This document shows, piece by piece, positions 24,411-39,100 of a stretch of 64,000 nt of DNA (positions are counted from its first letter, which is position 1; every line of letters begins with the position of its first letter). Source of the stretch: Eledone cirrhosa (taxonomy: Eukaryota); NCBI GenBank assembly GCA_964016885.1, contig OZ024744.1, positions 20,522,001 to 20,586,000 on the forward strand, in the 5' to 3' direction. Under the pieces are notes generated by a model that was not told the DNA's origin, made no database searches, and was given only the letters and a program-made list of their open reading frames with translations. A program made the translations under genes and the position numbers.

Positions 24411-26829
24411 AACAGTTGAATCTTATGAACTGACTCATTTTAACAAAAGTTGAATCTTAAGAACTGATTCGTTTTAACAACAGTTGAATCTTAAGATAAA
24501 ACTCGTTTTAACAACAGTTGAATCTTAAGAACTGACTCGTTTTAACCACAGCTGAATCTTAAGATAAAACTCGTTTTATTAACAGTTGAATCTTAAGAAC
24601 TGACTCGTTTTAACAACAGCTGAATCTTAAGATAAAACTCGTTTTAACAACAGTTGAATCTTAAGATAAAACTCGTTTTAACAACAGTTGAATCTTAAGA
24701 ACTGACTCGTTTTAACAACAGTTGAATCTTAAGATAAAACTCGTTTGAACAACAGTTGAATCTTATGAACTAACTAATTTTTACAACAGTTGAATCTTAA
24801 GTTAAGACTCGTTTTAACAACAGTTGAATCTTAAGAATTGACTCGTTTTAACAACAGCTGCATCTTAAGATAAAACTCGTTTTAACAACAGTTGAATCTT
24901 AAAGATAAAACTCGCTTTAACAACAGTTGAATCTTAAGAACTGACTCGTTTTAACAACAATTGAATCTTAAGACAAAACCCGTTTTAACAACATTTGAAT
25001 CTTAAGAACTGTCTCGTTTTAACAACAGTTGAATCTTAAGATCAACCTCGTTTTAACAACAGTTTAATCTTATGAACTGACTCGTTTTAACAACAGTTGA
25101 ATCTTAAGACAAAACTCGTTTTAACAACAGTTGAATCTTAAGAACTGACTTGTTCTAACAACAGTTCAGCCTTAGGAACTGACTCGTTTTAAAACAGTTG
25201 AATCGTTAGAACTGACTCGTTTTAACAACAGTTGAATCTTAAAATAAAACTCGTTTTAACAATAGTTGAATCTCAAGAACTGACTCGTTTTAGCAACAGT
25301 TGAATCTTAAGATAAAACTCGTTTTAACAACAGTTGATTCTTAAGAACCGACTCGTTTCAACAACAGTTAAATCTAAATAACTGACTCGTTTTAACAACA
25401 GTTGAATGTTAAGATAAAACTCGTTTTAACAATAGTTGAATCTTAAGAACTGACTCGTTTTAACAACAGTTGAATCTTAAGATAAAACTCGTTTTCACAA
25501 CTGTTGAATCTTAAGAACTGACTCGTTTTAACAACAGCTGAATCTTAAGATAAAACTCGTTTTAACAACAGTTGACTCTTAAGAACTGACTCGTTTTAAC
25601 AACAGTTGAATCTTCAAATAAAACTCGTTTTAACAACAGTTGAATCTTAAGAACTGACTCGTTTTAACAACAGTTGAATGTTAAGATAAAACTCGTTATA
25701 ACAATAGTTGAATCTTAAGAACTGACTCGTTTTAACAACAGTTGAATCTTAAGATAAAACTCGTTTTAACAACAGTTGAATCTTAAGAACTGACTCGTTT
25801 TAACAACAGCTGAATCTTAAGATAAACCTCGTTTTAACAACAGTTGATTCTTAAGAACCGACTCGTTTCAACAACAGTTAAATCTAAATAACTGACTCGT
25901 TTTAACAACAGTTGAATGTTAAGATAAAACTCGTTTTAACAATAGTTGAATCTTAAGAACTGACTCGTTTTAACAACAGTTGAATCTTAAGATAAAACTC
26001 GTTTTAACAACTGTTGAATCTTAAGAACTGACTCGTTTTAACAACAGATTAATCTTAAGATAAAACTCGTTTTAACAACAGTTGAATCTTAAGAACTGAC
26101 TCGTTTTAACAACAGTTGAATGTTCAAATAAAACTCGTTTTAACAACAGTTGAATCTTAAGATAAAACTCGTTTTAACAACAGTTGAATCTTAAGAACTG
26201 ACTCGTTTTAACAACAGCTGAATCTTAAGATAAAACTCGTTTTAACAACAGTTCAAACTTAAGAAATGACTCGTTTTAACAACAGTTGAATCTTATGAAC
26301 TGACTTATTTTAACAACAGTTGAATCTTAAGAACTGATTCGTTTTAACAACAGTTGAATCTTAAGATAAAACTCGTTTTAACAACAGTTGAATCTTATGA
26401 ACTAACTCATTTTAACAACAGTTGAATCTTAAGTTAAGACTCGTTTTAACAACAGTTGAATCTTAAGAACTGACTCGTTTTAACGACAGCTGTATCTTAA
26501 GATAAATCTCGTTTTAACAACAGTTGAATCTTAAGAACTGACTCGTTTTAACAACAGTTGAATCTTAAGACAAAACCCGTTTTAACAACAGTTGACTCTT
26601 AAGAACTGTCTTGTTTTAACAACAGTTGAATCTTAAGATAAACCTCGTTTTAACAACAGTTTAATCTTAAGAACTGACTCGTTTTAACAACAGTTGAATC
26701 TTAAGACAAAACTCGTTTTAACAACAGTTGAATCTTAAGAACTGACTTGTTCTAACAACAGTTCAGCCTTAAGAACTGACTCGTTTTAAAACAGTTGAAT
26801 CGTTAGAACTGACTCGTTTTAACAACAGT

Positions 26830-29800
26830 TGAATCTTAAAATAAAACTCGTTTTAACAATAGTTGAATCTCAAGAACTGACTCGTTTTAGCAACAGTTGA
26901 ATCTTAAGATAACACTCGTTTTCATAACAGTTGAATCTTAAGAACTGTCTCGTTTTAACAACAGTTGAATCTTAAGATAAACCTCGTTTTAACAACAGTT
27001 GAATCTTAAGAACTGACTCGTTTTAACAACAGTTAAATCTTAATAACTGACTCGTTTTAACAACAGTTGAATGTTAAGATAAAACTCGTTTTAACAATAG
27101 TTGAATCTTACGAACTGACTCGTTTTAACAACAGTTGAATCTTAAGATAAAACTCGTTTTAACAACTGTTGAATCTTAAGAACTGACTCGTTTTAACAAC
27201 AGCTGAATCTTAAGATAAAACTCGTTTTAACAACAGTTCAAACTTAAGAACTGACTCGTTTTAACAAAAGTTGAATCTTATGAACTCACTCATTTTAACA
27301 ACAGTTGAATCTTAAGATAACATTCGTTTTAACAACAGTTGAATCTTAAGAACTGATTCGTTTTAACAACAGTTGAATCTTAAGATAAAACTCGTTTTAA
27401 CAACAGTTGAATCTTAAGAACAGACTCGTTTTAACAACAGCTGAATCTTAAGATAAAACTCGTTTTAACAACAGTTGAATCTTAAGAACTGATTCGTTTT
27501 AACAACAGTTCAAACTTAAGAACTGACTCACTTTAACAACAGTTGAATCTTATGAACTGACTCATTTTAACAACAGTTGAATCTTAAGATAACATTCGTT
27601 TTAACAACAGTTGAATCTTAAGAACTGACTCGTTTTAACCACAGCTGAATCTTAAGATAAAACTCGTTTTAATAACAGTTGAATCTTAAGAACTGACTCG
27701 TTTTAACAACAGCTGAATCTTAAGATAAAACTCGTTTTAACAACAGTTGAATCTTAAGATAAAACTCGTTTTAACAACAGTTGAATCTTATGAACTAACT
27801 AATTTTTACAACAGTTGAATCTTAAGTTAAGACTCGTTTTAACAACAGTTGAATCTTAAGAACTGACTCGTTTTAACAACAGCTGAATCTTAAGATAAAA
27901 CTCGTTTTAACAACAGTTGAATCTTAAAGATAAACCTCACTTTAACAACAGTTGAATCTTAAGAACTGACTCGTTTTAACAACGATTGAATCTTAAGACA
28001 AAACCCGTTTTAACAACAGTTGAATCTTAAGATCTGTCTCGTTTTAACAACAGTTGAATCTTAAGATAAACCTCGTTTTAACAACAGTTTAATCTTAAGA
28101 ACTGATTCGTTTTAACAACAGTTGAATCTTAAGACAAAACTCGTTTTAACAACACTTGAATCTTAAGAACTGACTTGTTCTAACAACAGTTCAGCCTTAA
28201 GAACTGACTCGTTTTAAAACAGTTGAATCGTTAGAACTGACTTGTCTTAACAACGGTTGAATCTTAAAATAAAACTCGTTTTAACAATAATTGAATCTCA
28301 AGAACTGACTCGTTTTAGCAACAGTTGAAACTTAAGATAACACTCGTTTTCATAACAGTTGAATCTTAAGAACTGTCTCGTTTTAACAACAGTTGAATCT
28401 TAAGATAAACCTCGTTTTAACAACAGTTGATTCTTAAGAACCGACTCGTTTTAACAACAGTTAAATCTAAATAACTGACTCGTTTTAACAACAGTTGAAT
28501 GTTAAGATAAAACTCGTTTTAACAATAGTTGAACCTTAAGAACTGACTCGTTTTAACAACAGTTGAATCTTAAGATAAAACTCGTTTTAACAACTGTTGA
28601 ATCTTAAGAACTGACTCGTTTTAACAACAGCTGAATCTTAAGATAAAACTCGTTTTAAGAACAGTTGAATCTTAAGAACTGACTCGTTTTAACAACAGTT
28701 GAATCTTAAGAACTGACTCGTTTTAACAACAGTTGAATGTTAAGATAAAACTCGTTTTAACAATAGTTGAATCTTAAGAACTGACTCGTTTTAACAACAG
28801 TTGAATCTTAAGATAAAACTCGTTTTAACAACAGTTGAATCTTAAGAACTGACTCGTTTTAACAACAGCTGAATCTTAAGATAAAACTCGTTTTAACAAC
28901 AGTTGAATCCTAAGAACTGACTTGTTTTATCAACAGTTCAACCGTAAGAACTGACTCGTTTTAACAACAGTTGAATGTTCAAATAAAATTCGTTTTAACA
29001 ACAGTTGAATCTTACGAACTGACTCGTTTTAACAACAGTTGAATCTTAAGAACTGACTCGTTTTAACAACAGTTAAATCTTAATAACTGACTCGTTTTAA
29101 CAACAGTTGAATGTTAAGATAAAACTCGTTTTAACAACTGTTGAATCTTAAGAACTGACTCGTTTTAACAACAGCTGAATCTTAAGATAAAACTCGTTTT
29201 AACAACAGTTGAATCTTAAGAACTGACTCGTTTTAACAACAGTTAAATCTTCAAATAAAACTCGTTTTAACAACAGTTGAACATTAAGAACTGTCTCGTT
29301 TTAACAACAGTTGAATGTTAAGATAAAACTCGTTTTAACAATAGTTGAATCTTAAGAACTGACTCGTTTTAACAACAGTTGAATCTTAAGATAAAACTCG
29401 TTTTAACAACAGTTGAATCTTAAGAACTGAATCGTTTTAACAACAGCTGAATCTTAAAATAAAATTCGTTTTAACAACAGTTCAAACTTAAGAAATGACT
29501 CGTTTTAACAACAGTTGAATCTTATGAACTGACTCATTTTAACAACAGTTGAATCTTAAGAACTGATTCGTTTTAACAACAGTTGAATCTTAAGATAAAA
29601 CTCGTTTTAACAACAGTGGAATCTTAAGAACTGACTCGTTTTAGCAACAGCTGAATCTTAAGATAAGTCTCGTTTTAACAACAGTTGAATCTTAAGAACT
29701 GACTCGTTTTAACAACAGCTGAATCTTAATATAAAACTCGTTTTAACAGCAGTTGAATCTTAAGATAAAACTCGTTTTAACAACAGTTGAATCTTAAGAA

Positions 29801-32800
29801 CTGACTCGTTTTAACAACAGTTGAATCTTAAGAACTGACTCGTTTTAACGACAGCTGAATCTTAAGATAAAACTCGTTTTAACAACAGTTGGATCTTAAG
29901 AACTGACTCGTTTTAACAACAGTTGAATCTTACGATAAAACTCGTTTTAACAACAGTTGAATCTTATGAACTAACTCATTTGAAACAACAGTTGAATCTT
30001 AAGTTAAGACTCGTTTTAACAACAGTTGAATCTTAAGAACTGACTCGTTTTAACAACAGTTGAATCTTAAGACAAAACCCGTTTTAACAACAGTTGAATC
30101 TTAAGAACTGTCTCGTTTTAACAACAGTTGAATCTTAAGATAAACCTCGTTTTAACAACAGTTTAATCTTAAGAACTGACTCGTTTTAACAACAGTTGAA
30201 TCTTAAGACAAAACTCGTTTTAACAACAGTTGAATCTTAAGAACTGACTTGTTCTAACAACAGTTCAGCCTTAAGAACTGACTCGTTTTAAAACAGTTGA
30301 ATCGTTAGAACTGACTCGTTTTTACAACAGTTGAATCTTAAAATAAAACTCGTTTTAACAATAGTTGAATCTCAAGAACTGACTCGTTTTAGCAACAGTT
30401 GAATCTTAAGATAACACTCGTTTTCATAACAGTTGAATCTTAAGAACTGTCTCGTTTTAACAACAGTTGAATTTTAAGATAAACCTCGTTTTGACAACAG
30501 TTGAATCTTAAGAACTGACTCGTTTTAACAACAGTTGAACATTAAGAACTGTCTCGTTTTAACAACAGAGCAATGTTAAGATAAAACTCGTTTTAACAAT
30601 AGTTGAATCTTAAGAACTGACTCGTTTTAACAACAGCTGAATCTTAAGATAAAACTCGTTTTAACAACAGTTGAACCTTAAGATAAAACTCGTTTTAACA
30701 ACAGTTGAATCTTATGAACTAACTAATTTTTACAACAGTTGAATCTTAAGTTAAGACTCGTTTTAACAACAGTTGAATCTTAAGAACTGACTCGTTTTAA
30801 CAACAGCTGAATCTTAAAATAAAACTCGTTTTAACAATAGTTGAATCTCAAGAACTGACTCGTTTTAGCAACAGTTGAATCTTAAGATAACACTCGTTTT
30901 CATAACAGTTGAATCTTAAGAACTGTCTCGTTTTAACAACAGTTGAATCTTAAGATAAACCTCGTTTTAACAACAGTTGAATCTTAAGAACTGACTCGTT
31001 TTAACAACAGTTAAATCTTAATAACTGACTCGTTTTAACAACAGTTGAATGTTAAGATAAAACTCGTTTTAACAATAGTTGAATCTTACGAACTGACTCG
31101 TTTTAACAACAGTTGAATCTTAAGATAAAACTCGTTTTAACAACTGTTGAATCTTAAGAACTGACTCGTTTTAACAACAGCTGAATCTTAAGATAAAACT
31201 CGTTTTAACAACAGTTCAAACTTAAGAACTGACTCGTTTTAACAAAAGTTGAATCTTATGAACTCACTCATTTTAACAACAGTTGAATCTTAAGATAACA
31301 TTCGTTTTAACAACAGTTGAATCTTAAGAACTGATTCGTTTTAACAACAGTTGAATCTTAAGATAAAACTCGTTTTAACAACAGTTGAATCTTAAGAACA
31401 GACTCGTTTTAACAACAGCTGAATCTTAAGATAAAACTCGTTTTAACAACAGTTGAATCTTAAGAACTGATTCGTTTTAACAACAGTTCAAACTTAAGAA
31501 CTGACTCACTTTAACAACAGTTGAATCTTATGAACTGACTCATTTTAACAACAGTTGAATCTTAAGATAACATTCGTTTTAACAACAGTTGAGTCTTAAG
31601 AACTGACTCGTTTTAACAACAGTTGAATCTTAAGATAAAACTCGTTTTAACAAAAGTTGAATCTTAAGAAATGACTCGTTTTAACGACAGCTGAATCTTA
31701 AGATAAAACTCGTTTTAACAACAGTTCAAACTTAAGAAATGACTCGTTTTAACAACAGTTGAATCTTATGAACTGATTCGTTTTAACAACAGTTGAATCT
31801 TAAGATAAAACTCGTTTTAACAACAGTTGAATCTTAAGAACTGACTCGTTTTAACCACAGCTGAATCTTAAGATAAAACTCGTTTTAATAACAGTTGAAT
31901 CTTAAGAACTGACTCGTTTTAACAACAGCTGAATCTTAAGATAAAACTCGTTTTAACAACAGTTGAATCTTAAGATAAAACTCGTTTTAACAACAGTTGA
32001 ATCTTATGAACTAACTAATTTTTACAACAGTTGAATCTTAAGTTAAGACTCGTTTTAACAACAGTTGAATCTTAAGAACTGACTCGTTTTAACAACAGCT
32101 GAATCTTAAGATAAAACTCGTTTTAACAACAGTTGAATCTTAAAGATAAACCTCACTTTAACAACAGTTGAATCTTAAGAACTGACTCGTTTTAACAACG
32201 ATTGAATCTTAAGACAAAACCCGTTTTAACAACAGTTGAATCTTAAGATCTGTCTCGTTTTAACAACAGTTGAATCTTAAGATAAACCTCGTTTTAACAA
32301 CAGTTTAATCTTAAGAACTGATTCGTTTTAACAACAGTTGAATCTTAAGACAAAACTCGTTTTAACAACACTTGAATCTTAAGAACTGACTTGTTCTAAC
32401 AACAGTTCAGCCTTAAGAACTGACTCGTTTTAAAACAGTTGAATCGTTAGAACTGACTTGTCTTAACAACGGTTGAATCTTAAAATAAAACTCGTTTTAA
32501 CAATAATTGAATCTCAAGAACTGACTCGTTTTAGCAACAGTTGAATCTTAAGATAACACTCGTTTTCATAACAGTTGAATCTTAAGAACTGTCTCGTTTT
32601 AACAACAGTTGAATCTTAAGATAAACCTCGTTTTAACAACAGTTGATTCTTAAGAACCGACTCGTTTTAACAACAGTTAAATCTAAATAACTGACTCGTT
32701 TTAACAACAGTTGAATGTTAAGATAAAACTCGTTTTAACAATAGTTGAACCTTAAGAACTGACTCGTTTTAACAACAGTTGAATCTTAAGATAAAACTCG

Positions 32801-35800
32801 TTTTAACAACTGTTGAATCTTAAGAACTGACTCGTTTTAACAACAGCTGAATCTTAAGATAAAACTCGTTTTAAGAACAGTTGAATCTTAAGAACTGACT
32901 CGTTTTAACAACAGTTGAATCTTAAGAACTGACTCGTTTTAACAACAGTTGAATGTTAAGATAAAACTCGTTTTAACAATAGTTGAATCTTAAGAACTGA
33001 CTCGTTTTAACAACAGTTGAATCTTAAGATAAAACTCGTTTTAACAACAGTTGAATCTTAAGAACTGACTCGTTTTAACAACAGCTGAATCTTAAGATAA
33101 AACTCGTTTTAACAACAGTTGAATCCTAAGAACTGACTTGTTTTATCAACAGTTCAACCGTAAGAACTGACTCGTTTTAACAACAGTTGAATGTTCAAAT
33201 AAAATTCGTTTTAACAACAGTTGAATCTTACGAACTGACTCGTTTTAACAACAGTTGAATCTTAAGAACTGACTCGTTTTAACAACAGTTAAATCTTAAT
33301 AACTGACTCGTTTTAACAACAGTTGAATGTTAAGATAAAACTCGTTTTAACAACTGTTGAATCTTAAGAACTGACTCGTTTTAACAACAGCTGAATCTTA
33401 AGATAAAACTCGTTTTAACAACAGTTGAATCTTAAGAACTGACTCGTTTTAACAACAGTTAAATCTTCAAATAAAACTCGTTTTAACAACAGTTGAACAT
33501 TAAGAACTGTCTCGTTTTAACAACAGTTGAATGTTAAGATAAAACTCGTTTTAACAATAGTTGAATCTTAAGAACTGACTCGTTTTAACAACAGTTGAAT
33601 CTTAAGATAAAACTCGTTTTAACAACAGTTGAATCTTAAGAACTGAATCGTTTTAACAACAGCTGAATCTTAAAATAAAATTCGTTTTAACAACAGTTCA
33701 AACTTAAGAAATGACTCGTTTTAACAACAGTTGAATCTTATGAACTGACTCATTTTAACAACAGTTGAATCTTAAGAACTGATTCGTTTTAACAACAGTT
33801 GAATCTTAAGATAAAACTCGTTTTAACAACAGTGGAATCTTAAGAACTGACTCGTTTTAGCAACAGCTGAATCTTAAGATAAGTCTCGTTTTAACAACAG
33901 TTGAATCTTAAGAACTGACTCGTTTTAACAACAGCTGAATCTTAATATAAAACTCGTTTTAACAGCAGTTGAATCTTAAGATAAAACTCGTTTTAACAAC
34001 AGTTGAATCTTAAGAACTGACTCGTTTTAACAACAGTTGAATCTTAAGAACTGACTCGTTTTAACGACAGCTGAATCTTAAGATAAAACTCGTTTTAACA
34101 ACAGTTGGATCTTAAGAACTGACTCGTTTTAACAACAGTTGAATCTTACGATAAAACTCGTTTTAACAACAGTTGAATCTTATGAACTAACTCATTTGAA
34201 ACAACAGTTGAATCTTAAGTTAAGACTCGTTTTAACAACAGTTGAATCTTAAGAACTGACTCGTTTTAACAACAGTTGAATCTTAAGACAAAACCCGTTT
34301 TAACAACAGTTGAATCTTAAGAACTGTCTCGTTTTAACAACAGTTGAATCTTAAGATAAACCTCGTTTTAACAACAGTTTAATCTTAAGAACTGACTCGT
34401 TTTAACAACAGTTGAATCTTAAGACAAAACTCGTTTTAACAACAGTTGAATCTTAAGAACTGACTTGTTCTAACAACAGTTCAGCCTTAAGAACTGACTC
34501 GTTTTAAAACAGTTGAATCGTTAGAACTGACTCGTTTTTACAACAGTTGAATCTTAAAATAAAACTCGTTTTAACAATAGTTGAATCTCAAGAACTGACT
34601 CGTTTTAGCAACAGTTGAATCTTAAGATAACACTCGTTTTCATAACAGTTGAATCTTAAGAACTGTCTCGTTTTAACAACAGTTGAATTTTAAGATAAAC
34701 CTCGTTTTGACAACAGTTGAATCTTAAGAACTGACTCGTTTTAACAACAGTTGAACATTAAGAACTGTCTCGTTTTAACAACAGAGCAATGTTAAGATAA
34801 AACTCGTTTTAACAATAGTTGAATCTTAAGAACTGACTCGTTTTAACAACAGCTGAATCTTAAGATAAAACTCGTTTTAACAACAGTTGAATCTTAAGAT
34901 AAAACTCGTTTTAACAACAGTTGAATCTTATGAACTAACTAATTTTTACAACAGTTGAATCTTAAGTTAAGACTCGTTTTAACAACAGTTGAATCTTAAG
35001 AACTGACTCGTTTTAACAACAGCTGAATCTTAAGATAAAACTCGTTTTAACAACAGTTGAATCTTAAAGATAAACCTCACTTTAACAACAGTTGAATCTT
35101 AAGAACTGACTCGTTTTAACAACGATTGAATCTTAAGACAAAACCCGTTTTAACAACAGTTGAATCTTAAGATCTGTCTCGTTTTAACAACAGTTGAATC
35201 TTAAGATAAACCTCGTTTTAACAACAGTTTAATCTTAAGAACTGATTCGTTTTAACAACAGTTGAATCTTAAGACAAAACTCGTTTTAACAACACTTGAA
35301 TCTTAAGAACTGACTTGTTCTAACAACAGTTCAGCCTTAAGAACTGACTCGTTTTAAAACAGTTGAATCGTTAGAACTGACTTGTCTTAACAACGGTTGA
35401 ATCTTAAAATAAAACTCGTTTTAACAATAATTGAATCTCAAGAACTGACTCGTTTTAGCAACAGTTGAATCTTAAGATAACACTCGTTTTCATAACAGTT
35501 GAATCTTAAGAACTGTCTCGTTTTAACAACAGTTGAATCTTAAGATAAACCTCGTTTTAACAACAGTTGATTCTTAAGAACCGACTCGTTTTAACAACAG
35601 TTAAATCTAAATAACTGACTCGTTTTAACAACAGTTGAATGTTAAGATAAAACTCGTTTTAACAATAGTTGAACCTTAAGAACCTGACTCGTTTTAACAA
35701 CAGTTGAATCTTAAGATAAAACTCGTTTTAACAACTGTTGAATCTTAAGAACTGACTCGTTTTAACAACAGCTGAATCTTAAGATAAAACTCGTTTTAAG

Positions 35801-36110
35801 AACAGTTGAATCTTAAGAACTGACTCGTTTTAACAACAGTTGAATCTTAAGAACTGACTCGTTTTAACAACAGTTGAATGTTAAGATAAAACTCGTTTTA
35901 ACAATAGTTGAATCTTAAGAACTGACTCGTTTTAACAACAGTTGAATCTTAAGATAAAACTCGTTTTAACAACAGTTGAATCTTAAGAACTGACTCGTTT
36001 TAACAACAGCTGAATCTTAAGATAAAACTCGTTTTAACAACAGTTGAATCCTAAGAACTGACTTGTTTTATCAACAGTTCAACCGTAAGAACTGACTCGT
36101 TTTAACAACA
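26830..36110 (+). repeat. Tandem duplication, period 3,978-4,216 bp (117-124 monomers), plus a partial third copy at ~34860-36110
   Basis: GCC 28194/32410 and 30268/34484 (offset 4216); CTTACGAACTG near 27110/31088 (offset 3978). The private variants AACACTTG, CTTGTCTTAACAACGG and GATCTGTC recur a third time near 35170-35400. Confidence 0.85.
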
Positions 36111-39100
36111 GAGCAATGTTAAGATAAAACTCGTTTTAACAATAGTTGAATCTTAAGAACTGACTCGTTTTAACAACAGTTGAATCTTAAGATAAAACTC
36201 GTTTTAATAACAGTTGAATCTTAAGAACTGAATCGTTTTAACAACAGCTGAATCTTAAGATAAAACTCGTTTTAACAACAGTTCAAACTTAAGAAATGAC
36301 TCGTTTTAACAACAGTTGAATCTTATGAACTGACTCATTTTAACAACAGTTGAATCTTAAGAACTGATTCGTTTTAACAACAGTTGAATCTTAAGATAAA
36401 ACTCGTTTTAACAACAGTTGAATCTTAAGAACTGACTCGTTTTAGCAACAGCTGAATCTTAAGATAAAACTCGTTTTAACAACAGTTGAATCTTAAGAAC
36501 TGACTCGTTTTAACAACAGCTGAATCTTAATATAAAACTCGTTTTAACAGCAGTTGAATCTTAAGATAAAACTCGTTTTAACAACAGTTGAATCTTAAGA
36601 ACTGACTCGTTTTAACAACAGTTGAATCTTAAGATAAAACTCGTTTTAACAACAGTTGAATCTTATGAACTAACTCATTTTAACAACAGTTGAATCTTAA
36701 GTTAAGACTCGTTTTAACAACAGTTGAATCTTAAGAACTGACTCGTTTTAACGACAGCTGAATCTTAAGATAAAACTCGTTTTAACAACAGTTGGATCTT
36801 AAGAACTGACTCGTTTTAACAACAGTTGAATGTTACGATAAAACTCGTTTTAACAACAGTTGAATCTTATGAACTAACTCATTTTAACAACAGTTTAATC
36901 TTAAGAACTGACTCGTTTTAACAACAGTTGAATCTTAAGACAAAACTCGTTTTAACAACAGTTGAATCTTAAGAACTGACTTGTTCTAACAACAGTTCAG
37001 CCTTAAGAACTGACTCGTTTTAAAACAGTTGAATCGTTAGAACTGACTCGTTTTAACAACAGTTGAATCTTAAAATAAAACTAGTTTTAACAATAGTTGA
37101 ATCTCAAGAACTGACTCGTTTTAGCAACAGTTGAATCTTAAGATAACACTCGTTTTCATAACAGTTGAATCTTAAGAACTGTCTCGTTTTAACAACAGTT
37201 GAATTTTAAGATAAACCTCGTTTTGACAACAGTTGAATCTTAAGAACTGACTCGTTTTAACAACAGTTAAATCTTAATAACTGACTCGTTTTAACAACAG
37301 TTGAATCTTAAGATAAAACTCGTTTTAACAACTGTTGAATCTTAAGAACTGACTCGTTTTAACAACAGCTGAATCTTAAGATAAAACTCGTTTTAACAAC
37401 AGTTGAATCTTAAGAACTGACTCGTTTTAACAACAGTTGAATCTTCAAATAAAACTCGTTTTAACAACAGTTGAATCTTATGAACTGACTCGTTTTAACA
37501 ACAGTTGAATGTTAAGATAAAACTCGTTTTAACAATAGTGGAATCTTAAGAACTGACTCGTTTTAACAACAGTTGAATCTTAAGATAAAACTCGTTTTAA
37601 CAACAGTTCAATCTTAAGAAATGACTCGTTTTAACAAAAGTTGAATCTTATGAACTCACTCATTTTAACAACAGTTGAATCTTAAGATAACATTCGTTTT
37701 AACAACAGTTGAATCTTAAGAACTGATTCGTTATAACAACAGTTGAATCTTAAGATAAAACTCGTTTTAACAACACTTGAATCTTAAGATAAAACTCGTT
37801 TTAACGACAGCTGAATCTTAAGATAAAACTCGTTTTAACAACAGTTCAAACTTAAGAAATGACTCGTTTTAACAACAGTTGAATCTTATGAACTGATTCG
37901 TTTTAACAACAGTTGAATCTTAAGATAAAACTCGTTTTAACAACAGTTGAATCTTAAGAACTGACTCGTTTTAACCACAGCTGAATCTTAAGATAAAACT
38001 CGTTTTAATAACAGTTGAATCTTAAGAACTGACTCGTTTTAACAACAGCTGAATCTTAAGATAAAACTCGTTTTAACAACAGTTGAATCTTAAGATAAAA
38101 CTCGTTTTAACAACAGTTGAATCTTAAGAAATGACTCGTTTTAACAACAGTTGAATCTTAAGATAAAACTCGTTTGAACAGCAGTTGAATCTTATGAACT
38201 AACTAATTTTTACAACAGTTGAATCTTAAGTTAAGACTCGTTTTAACAACAGTTGAATCTTAAGAACTGACTCGTTTTAACAACAGCTGAATCTTAAGAT
38301 AAAACTCGTTTTAGCAACAGTTGAATCTTAAGATAAAACTCGTTTTAACAACAGTTGAATCTTAAGAACTGACTCGTTTTAACAACAGTTGAATCTTAAG
38401 ATAAAACTCGTTTGAACAACAGTTGAATCTTATGAACTAACTAATTTTTACAACAGTTGAATCTTAAGTTAAGACTCGTTTTAACAACAGTTGAATCTTA
38501 AGAACTGACTCGTTTTAACAACAGCTGAATCTTAAGATAAAACTCGTTTTAACAACAGTTGAATCTTAAAGATAAACCTCGCTTTAACAACAGTTGAATC
38601 TTAAGAACTGACTCGTTTTAACAACAATTGAATCTTAAGACAAAACCCGTTTTAACAACAGTTGAATCTTAAGAACTGTCTCGTTTTAACAACAGTTGAA
38701 TCTTAAGATAAACCTCGTTTTAACAACAGTTTAATCTTAAGAACTGATTCGTTTTAACAACAGTTGAATCTTAAGACCAAACTCGTTTTAACAACAGTTG
38801 AATCTTAAGAACTGACTTGTTCTAACAACAGTTCAGCCTTAAGAACTGACTCGTTTTAAAACAGTTGAATCGTTAGAACTGACTCGTTTTAACAACGGTT
38901 GAATCTTAAAATAAAACTCGTTTTAACAATAATTGAATCTCAAGAACTGACTCGTTTTAGCAACAGTTGAATCTTAAGATAACACTCGTTTTCATAACAG
39001 TTGAATCTTAAGAACTGTCTCGTTTTAACAACAGTTGAATCTTAAGATAAACCTCGTTTTAACAACAGTTGATTCTTAAGAACCGACTCGTTTTAACAAC

